This document shows positions 61,894 to 64,000 of a DNA stretch of 64,000 nt, one piece after another. This DNA is from an uncultured Planctomycetaceae bacterium (GTDB lineage: Bacteria; Planctomycetota; Planctomycetia; Planctomycetales; Planctomycetaceae), in assembly GCA_963815195.1 (NCBI GenBank), contig CAWFGE010000015.1, forward strand, positions 32,001 to 96,000, given 5' to 3'. A program made the position numbers and the translations under genes. Numbering within the stretch: the first letter of the stretch is position 1; each line of letters starts with the position of its first letter. Below the pieces are notes generated by a model that saw nothing but the letters and a program-made list of their open reading frames with translations, was not told the DNA's origin and ran no database searches.

Positions 61894-64000
61894 ATGGCGA
61901 GATTCCTCACTGTGGGGGCGGCCCAGATGGGGCCGGTCGGCCGGAACGAAAGCCGATCCGCGGTCGTTGTCCGCTTGCTCGAACTGATGCGGGAGGCCAA
62001 GAGCCGGCATTGCGATCTCGTCGTGTTCACCGAGTGCGCGCTCACCCCGTTTTTCCCGCGGTGGTGGGAAGACGACCCGGCCGCGTGCGATGCCTGGTTC
62101 GAGCGGGATTTGCCGGGGCCCGGCACGCATCTGCTCTTTAACGAGGCCCAGAAACTCGGCATCGCGTTCCATTTGGGTTTTGCCGAACTGGCCGAGGAAG
62201 ACGGCGGGCTTCGCCGCTACAACACCAGCATTCTTGTAGGACCCGACGGAAAGGTCATCGGAAAATATCGCAAAATTCATCTGCCCGGCCTCACCCAGCG
62301 CGAGGGCGAAAACCCCCACCGCTCTTACGAGAAGCATTATTTTGAGGTGGGGAATCTGGGCTTCGGGGCTTGGAAGGCTCTCGGCGGCGTGGTGGGCATG
62401 TGCCTGGGCAACGACCGCCGCTGGCCGGAATCCTACCGCATGCTCGCGCTCCAGGGGGCCGAGATCGTCCTCGTCGGCTACAACACCGCCGCCGACCATC
62501 CGGGACATCCCGAACTCGATCACCTGACCAATTTTCATAGCATGCTGAGCATGCAGGCCGGGGCTTATCAAAACGGCTGTTTCGTCGTGGGGGTGGCCAA
62601 GGCCGGTCTGGAAGAGGGCTTCCATCAAATCGGCCGCTCGGTGATCCTGGCACCGTCCGGCGAGGTCGTCGTCCAGTGCACCTCGCTGCGGGATGAACTC
62701 ATTGTCCACCGCTGCGATCTCAATCAAACCCGGCTCTATAAGGACCACATCTTCAACTTCGCGGCCCACCGGGAGATCGCAGCGTATTCGCTGCTCACCG
62801 AGACCCGCGGCCCGATCGCCCCCCGCGAACCCGGCGAGTTTCCGATCATCGCCGGCCCCGCTGTTTCCGCGGCCCCGGAAACGAGTGTCGCGCTGCCTGT
62901 CGACGACACGGCGGCGATTGAAAAACTTTTCAAAGAAGAGTACGGATATTCTGCGGAGACCGCCCAGGATTTGGCGGAACGAGCCAAACTCGCCCGCGAT
63001 CTGCCGAAAGAAAAACCCGCCGGCGAAACTGCTCCGGAAAAGCCCGCGAAGTCGGTGCCGTCAAAATTGCCTCAACAGAAAATCGCGTCCAAGCCTTCCC
63101 CCCCCAAAGCCCCGGCGGATCCGCTCGAAGGGGTTCGAGAGGTGCTCCAGGAGACGTATCACTATTCCGCGGAAGCGATCGAGCCGATTGTCGAGCAGGC
63201 TCGCCGGGCGTTGGAACTGCAGAAATCCCCGGAAACGGAGCCGCAGGCTCCCAAACCGGTCTTGCCCACGCCCAAAAAAGCTTCGACCGCGGCGGAGATT
63301 CTGGCCAAGGCGCGGTCCAAGTCCAAACCGGCCGCCGAAGGCCAACCGGCTCCCCCAATCGCTCCGCCATTGACTGGAGGAGCGGCCGACGACATCGGCT
63401 GGCTGCCGGGGCGATTCCCGGAAAGAACCGGCGAGTTGCCCGACCGGACCGCGGCGATCGTGGGGCGATTGACGGCGGACTATCGCTATCCCGAACCGGC
63501 CGCGCGGAAGGTGGCGGAATGGGCCGAGGCCGCGTGGCAAAAAATGCACGAAGCGGAAGAACCAGCCCCCGCACGGTCCGCCGAGATGTTCGTTCCGGAA
63601 AAACAGGCGAAAGCCGAGTCGGACGGACGCCAACCACTCACCGCCCACATCGCCCCGCGTCCGCTGCCCGACACCGCGCCGTCCCTGTCTGGGGAAGCGG
63701 CCTTTGCGGTTTACAGCCTGTTGACCGATACGTACGGCTACGCGCCCAAGTCAGCCCGCTCGATTGCCGAGCAAGCCAACACCGCCTGGGAGCGCTGGCA
63801 AACTCCCCCGGCCGAAGCGGAAGACGCAAAACCCGCGGCCAAAGTGTCGCCCAAGTCCGCGAAGCCGGTCTCGGCAAAAACGAAGGTCCCCGCAACGTCG
63901 GCGACCGCGGTGGCGGAAGAAAAGGCGGATCGGGACCTGGCAAGCGTGCCCTGTCCGGAATGCGGGTTCCTGCTCAAGGTCGACCGGACCGATCCCACGA
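61894..64000 (+). CDS. N-carbamoyl-D-amino acid hydrolase-like nitrilase domain fused to long repeat region and CxxC; truncated by window end
   Basis: Open for 702 codons from ATG 61894: AAQMGP, FTECALTPFFPRW, YRKIHLPG, GMCLGNDRRWPE, GYNT; then Pro/Ala/Lys linkers, four Y-x-Y helical modules and CPECG. Confidence 0.88.
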   Translation, partial: MARFLTVGAAQMGPVGRNESRSAVVVRLLELMREAKSRHCDLVVFTECALTPFFPRWWEDDPAACDAWFERDLPGPGTHLLFNEAQKLGIAFHLGFAELAEEDGGLRRYNTSILVGPDGKVIGKYRKIHLPGLTQREGENPHRSYEKHYFEVGNLGFGAWKALGGVVGMCLGNDRRWPESYRMLALQGAEIVLVGYNTAADHPGHPELDHLTNFHSMLSMQAGAYQNGCFVVGVAKAGLEEGFHQIGRSVILAPSGEVVVQCTSLRDELIVHRCDLNQTRLYKDHIFNFAAHREIAAYSLLTETRGPIAPREPGEFPIIAGPAVSAAPETSVALPVDDTAAIEKLFKEEYGYSAETAQDLAERAKLARDLPKEKPAGETAPEKPAKSVPSKLPQQKIASKPSPPKAPADPLEGVREVLQETYHYSAEAIEPIVEQARRALELQKSPETEPQAPKPVLPTPKKASTAAEILAKARSKSKPAAEGQPAPPIAPPLTGGAADDIGWLPGRFPERTGELPDRTAAIVGRLTADYRYPEPAARKVAEWAEAAWQKMHEAEEPAPARSAEMFVPEKQAKAESDGRQPLTAHIAPRPLPDTAPSLSGEAAFAVYSLLTDTYGYAPKSARSIAEQANTAWERWQTPPAEAEDAKPAAKVSPKSAKPVSAKTKVPATSATAVAEEKADRDLASVPCPECGFLLKVDRTDPT

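Overview
High-GC bacterial chromosome segment. The gene content points to Planctomycetota: DUF1501 (x2), DUF1559, a DUF1549/DUF1553 (PSD1) cytochrome, a LEPR-XLL surface protein, and mch plus an orf5-like gene of the tetrahydromethanopterin pathway. About 45 protein-coding genes are present: isocitrate/isopropylmalate dehydrogenase, rmlA-D-B-C, truA, ilvD, hemA-ccsA, cysE, an RND pump, a K+ channel, a molybdenum hydroxylase large subunit with a MoaD-like partner, and a ~2,200-aa beta-helix/Calx-beta/FG-GAP/metzincin surface protein. About 13 otherwise intact genes carry one indel each, mostly in homopolymers, so these are probably long-read assembly errors. I found no rRNA, tRNA or CRISPR array. 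Several REP-like palindromes, an IS3 transposase remnant and a purD remnant are present. The two most unusual items are: (1) an N-carbamoyl-D-amino-acid hydrolase homolog with Gly in place of the catalytic Cys, fused to four copies of an unrecognised Y-x-Y helical repeat and a CxxC motif (absent from the ORF track because it runs off the window); (2) an operon encoding a small membrane protein, a stand-alone TiaS-like GIDDTD domain and a poly-Gly DUF1559 pilin-like protein. All family calls come from recognising motifs by eye; no database search was run.
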